Positions 61,163 through 64,000 of a stretch of 64,000 nucleotides of DNA are shown here, one piece after another (positions within the stretch are counted from its first letter, which is position 1; every line of letters begins with the position of its first letter). A program made the position numbers and the translations under genes. The notes under the pieces are model-generated. The model was not told the origin of the DNA. It was given only the letters and a program-made list of their open reading frames with translations, and did no database searches. The stretch covers positions 17,528-81,527 of the forward strand of contig JAUCBJ010006543.1 in the NCBI GenBank assembly GCA_032718475.1, in the 5' to 3' direction. Source of the DNA: Nemertoderma westbladi (taxonomy: Eukaryota > Animalia > Xenacoelomorpha).

Positions 61163-64000
61163 TCCCTCCGTCCTCCTCCTCCATCTACACCTCCACCCAC
61201 TACTTCCACCCCTATTCCTCTACCACCATGCCCCCCGACTTTCGACTGGGCCACCCTTGGGGAGTGGGATGTCTTGGCGCGGCTACGGAACTGCAAACAA
61301 CGGCAGCTGCGCCACGTCCCCAGGGCCGCGCGTTCCAACTTCGCAGACCTCCTCGCTGACATCCTCGGGGAGGTAGCCACGCGGCCCAACGAGCCCCAGG
61401 GGTGGCTTAAACTACTGACCGTCAGCCACCACTGCCTCGCTACGCCCAAACGAGGGGGTCGGCGCCACACTCGGTCACTCGCTGCCACAATCAACGCGCG
61501 AGTGGCCGCCTTCCGTGCCGACCCCTTCGCGGACTCTAACTCCCCCGCCCCCCCAACTGCCACGAAGAAGCGTGGTGGTGCGGAGCGACTCGCGACGGCC
61601 GTAGCCGAAAAGATCGAGGACTCTGACTTGAAGGGCGCCATCCGGTTGGCATCCTCAGCTGACTCACTTGCGCCCAACACGCCGGAGACACTGGAGGCGT
61701 TGCGGAAGAAACACCCCGCACGGCCCGACAACCGCCGTCCCAACCCACCTCCAGTGGACCTCAACACTACGGCCTCGCCTTGTTCCTCTACTATCGCCCG
61801 CAGACTTATCCTGTCGTTCCCGAGCGGCAGTGCCGGAGGACCAGATGGGTTGCGGCCCCAAATACTCAAAGACCTGATCTCCCCCACCAACGGAGAGGCC
61901 GCGGCCCGTCTTCTACAACGACTCGCGGGATTCCTAGACACCACCACCTCCGGAGAAGTTCCCCTCGCCATCCGCCCCACCTTCTACGGCGCGAATCTCT
62001 TCGCGTTCACGAAGACGGAGGGTGGGGTGCGCCCGATCGCCGTTGGCAACACTCTGCGGCGATTGGTGGGGAAGTACTCCGGCTTCCTAGCCCAGGGACC
62101 CCGTACCTCCTCCTATGGCACTGTCCAGCTCGGGATCGGCACCAAACTCGGCGCTGAAGCGGCGGCCCACGCAGCGAGGGCACTCTCCTCCTCCCCGAAC
62201 CCACCCGGTAGTGTGTTGCTGAAGATCGACTTCAGCAACGCATTTAACTCCATCCGGCGGGATTCCATGCTCGAAACTGTGTACCAGTGTTACCCCAGCG
62301 TGTACAACTCCACGCTGGCGGCGTACGGAGCGCCTAGCTTCCTCCTCCATGGGGAGGATACACTCCTCTCTGAGGAAGGAGTTCAGCAAGGCGATGCGGA
62401 CGGACCCCGGCTTTTCGGCGACACGGTGAACCCATTCATCCAGTCGCTGCAGTCGAGGTTTAACATCTGGTACCTAGACGACGGGAATCTCGCTGACCAC
62501 TACCGGGTGGTGTTAGACGACCTCCGATCCGTCATCCTCGAGGGAGGTCGTTGCGGACTCCGGATCAACCCCTCCAAGTCGGAACTCTTCTTCCTTGGGG
62601 AGGAATCTCCGGAGTCCCGTCTATCCATCCAACGCGGGTTCGACGAGGTCTGCGAGGGGATTCAGGTGCGCCCACTAGAAGACCTGAAGATCCTGGGCGC
62701 ACCCATAGGAGACAATGCCATCGTCTCCTGTCTCGACAACAAACTCGCGGACCTCCGGACTCTCGTCTCCCGACTCCCTCTCCTCGACTCCCATCACGCC
62801 TTCTTCCTCCTGCGGTGCTCCTTCACCATTCCGCGACTGACGTACTTCCTCCGAACGGCTCCGTGTTTCGACTTCCCGGGGCTGCTGGAGGAGTACGATT
62901 CCATCCAGCGGAGCACCCTGCAGGAGATCTCCAACGTCCACCTGGACGACTCCGCGTGGGCACAATCCTGTTTGCCTGCGCGTTGCGGGGGTCTAGGACT
63001 GACCTCGGCTGTGCAGCTCGCACCTTCCGCCTTTCTGGCTTCCGCGGCTGCCTGCTCTGGACTCTCCTACTCCCTCTTTGAGTCTCCGGTGGACGCCCCC
63101 TCCCCATCCCACAACCGTGCCCTCGCTGCGTGGTCAACGACTCTCGATCCTGTCGTGACCCCCGTTCCCCCGCCTCTAGCGCCACCATCCTTTACGCCAC
63201 CGCCACCGCCACCACACGCGACGCCACCGCCACCATCCGCGACACCACCGCCTCCACCACCCACGACGCCACAACCCACGACGCCACCGCCACCAGCCCT
63301 GACACCACCGCCTCCACCCACGACGACGCCACCACCCACTACGCCACCGCTACCACCCGTGACATCACCGCCTCCACCCACGACGCTACCACCCACGACA
63401 CCACCGCCACCGTCCGCAACACCAACCACCCCCGCTGCTTTTCCGTCCGCGGCCACCAAGCAGTGGGCCTACCTGGCCCCTGTCCACGAGGCCAGGCTAA
63501 CAGCCCTGCGGGAGTCCCTCCCACCATCCGGGGTGGCGAGGTTGAACTCCCTGGACCACCCCGCCGCAGGCTGCTGGCTTGACGCCATCCCCGTCAGCTC
63601 TCTGGGACTGAAGCTGACGGACTCGCAGTTCCGGATCTCGGTCGGCACTCGCCTTGGGAGCAGGCTAACCGAGCCCCACAGCTGTGCCCGGTGTGGCAAG
63701 GATGTTCTGTCGGATGGCCTTCATGGGCTATCCTGCTCTAGGAGCCTCGGCAGACTTCCGCGCCACTCAATGGTTAATGACATTGTTCGCCGGGCGCTCA
63801 TCAGCTGTGGCGTCCCCGCTACGCTCGAGCCTCTAGGCTTGTGTAGAGGGGATGGGAAGCGAGTAGATGGCGTCACCCTGGTCCCGTGGAGCCGCGGACG
63901 GTTCCTCACGTGGGACGCGACGGTGGCGGACCCTCTGGCACCCAGCCACCTCGCCCAGACTCTATCCGCGGGAGGCCGTACTGCGGAGGAAGCGGAATCT
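61163..64000 (+). CDS. CRE-clade non-LTR retrotransposon ORF (RT, zinc knuckle, restriction-like endonuclease); 5'-truncated and running off the window
   Basis: All motifs checked fall in one frame that is absent from the ORF track: GPDGLRP, GVRPIAVGNTLRRL, KIDFSNAFNS, GVQQGD, WYLDDG, CARC...H...C, RH, EP.GL, DGKRVDG and WDATV.D. GC content rises sharply at the junction. Confidence 0.9.
63160..63435 (+). repeat. In-frame Pro/Thr-rich low-complexity repeat within the CRE ORF
   Basis: (CCA/CCG/ACG)n translating to PPPPHATPPPPSATPPPPPPTTPQPTTPPPP... Confidence 0.9.

Noticed and set aside
61141-63909. Numerous listed ORFs on both strands, including the Gly/Val-rich 63067-63459
   Set aside because: They are shadow frames of the GC-rich CRE ORF, whose true frame is missing from the track because it has no start or stop in the window.

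Overview
AT-rich eukaryotic (animal, probably invertebrate bilaterian; inferred, not proven) DNA with no recognisable intact host gene. It is almost entirely nested transposable elements and tandem repeats: non-LTR fragments (CR1/L2-like, RTE, RTE-X-like, CRE), non-autonomous DNA elements (piggyBac-, EnSpm/CACTA-, MULE-like), a solo LTR, two Helitrons, a tRNA-headed SINE and several decayed copies of a DUF6729-like putative DDE transposase. A ~23-kb tandem segmental duplication spans 4161-27021 and 27036-39551. The most striking item is a 2 x 460-bp tandem repeat (13311-14230), identical by eye and flanked by an 18-bp target-site duplication. Each unit carries a complete type III hammerhead ribozyme on the minus strand with complementary loops, which makes it a retrozyme-like element predicted to release a 460-nt circularisable RNA. 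Also notable are Helitron-borne 147-bp repeats each carrying a CTCF-like site, an open CRE ORF with an in-frame Pro/Thr-rich insertion, orphan histone-type stem-loops abutting one LINE family, and a SINE with a cUUCGg-hairpin minisatellite. All calls were made by eye without database searches, so family names and soft boundaries are approximate.
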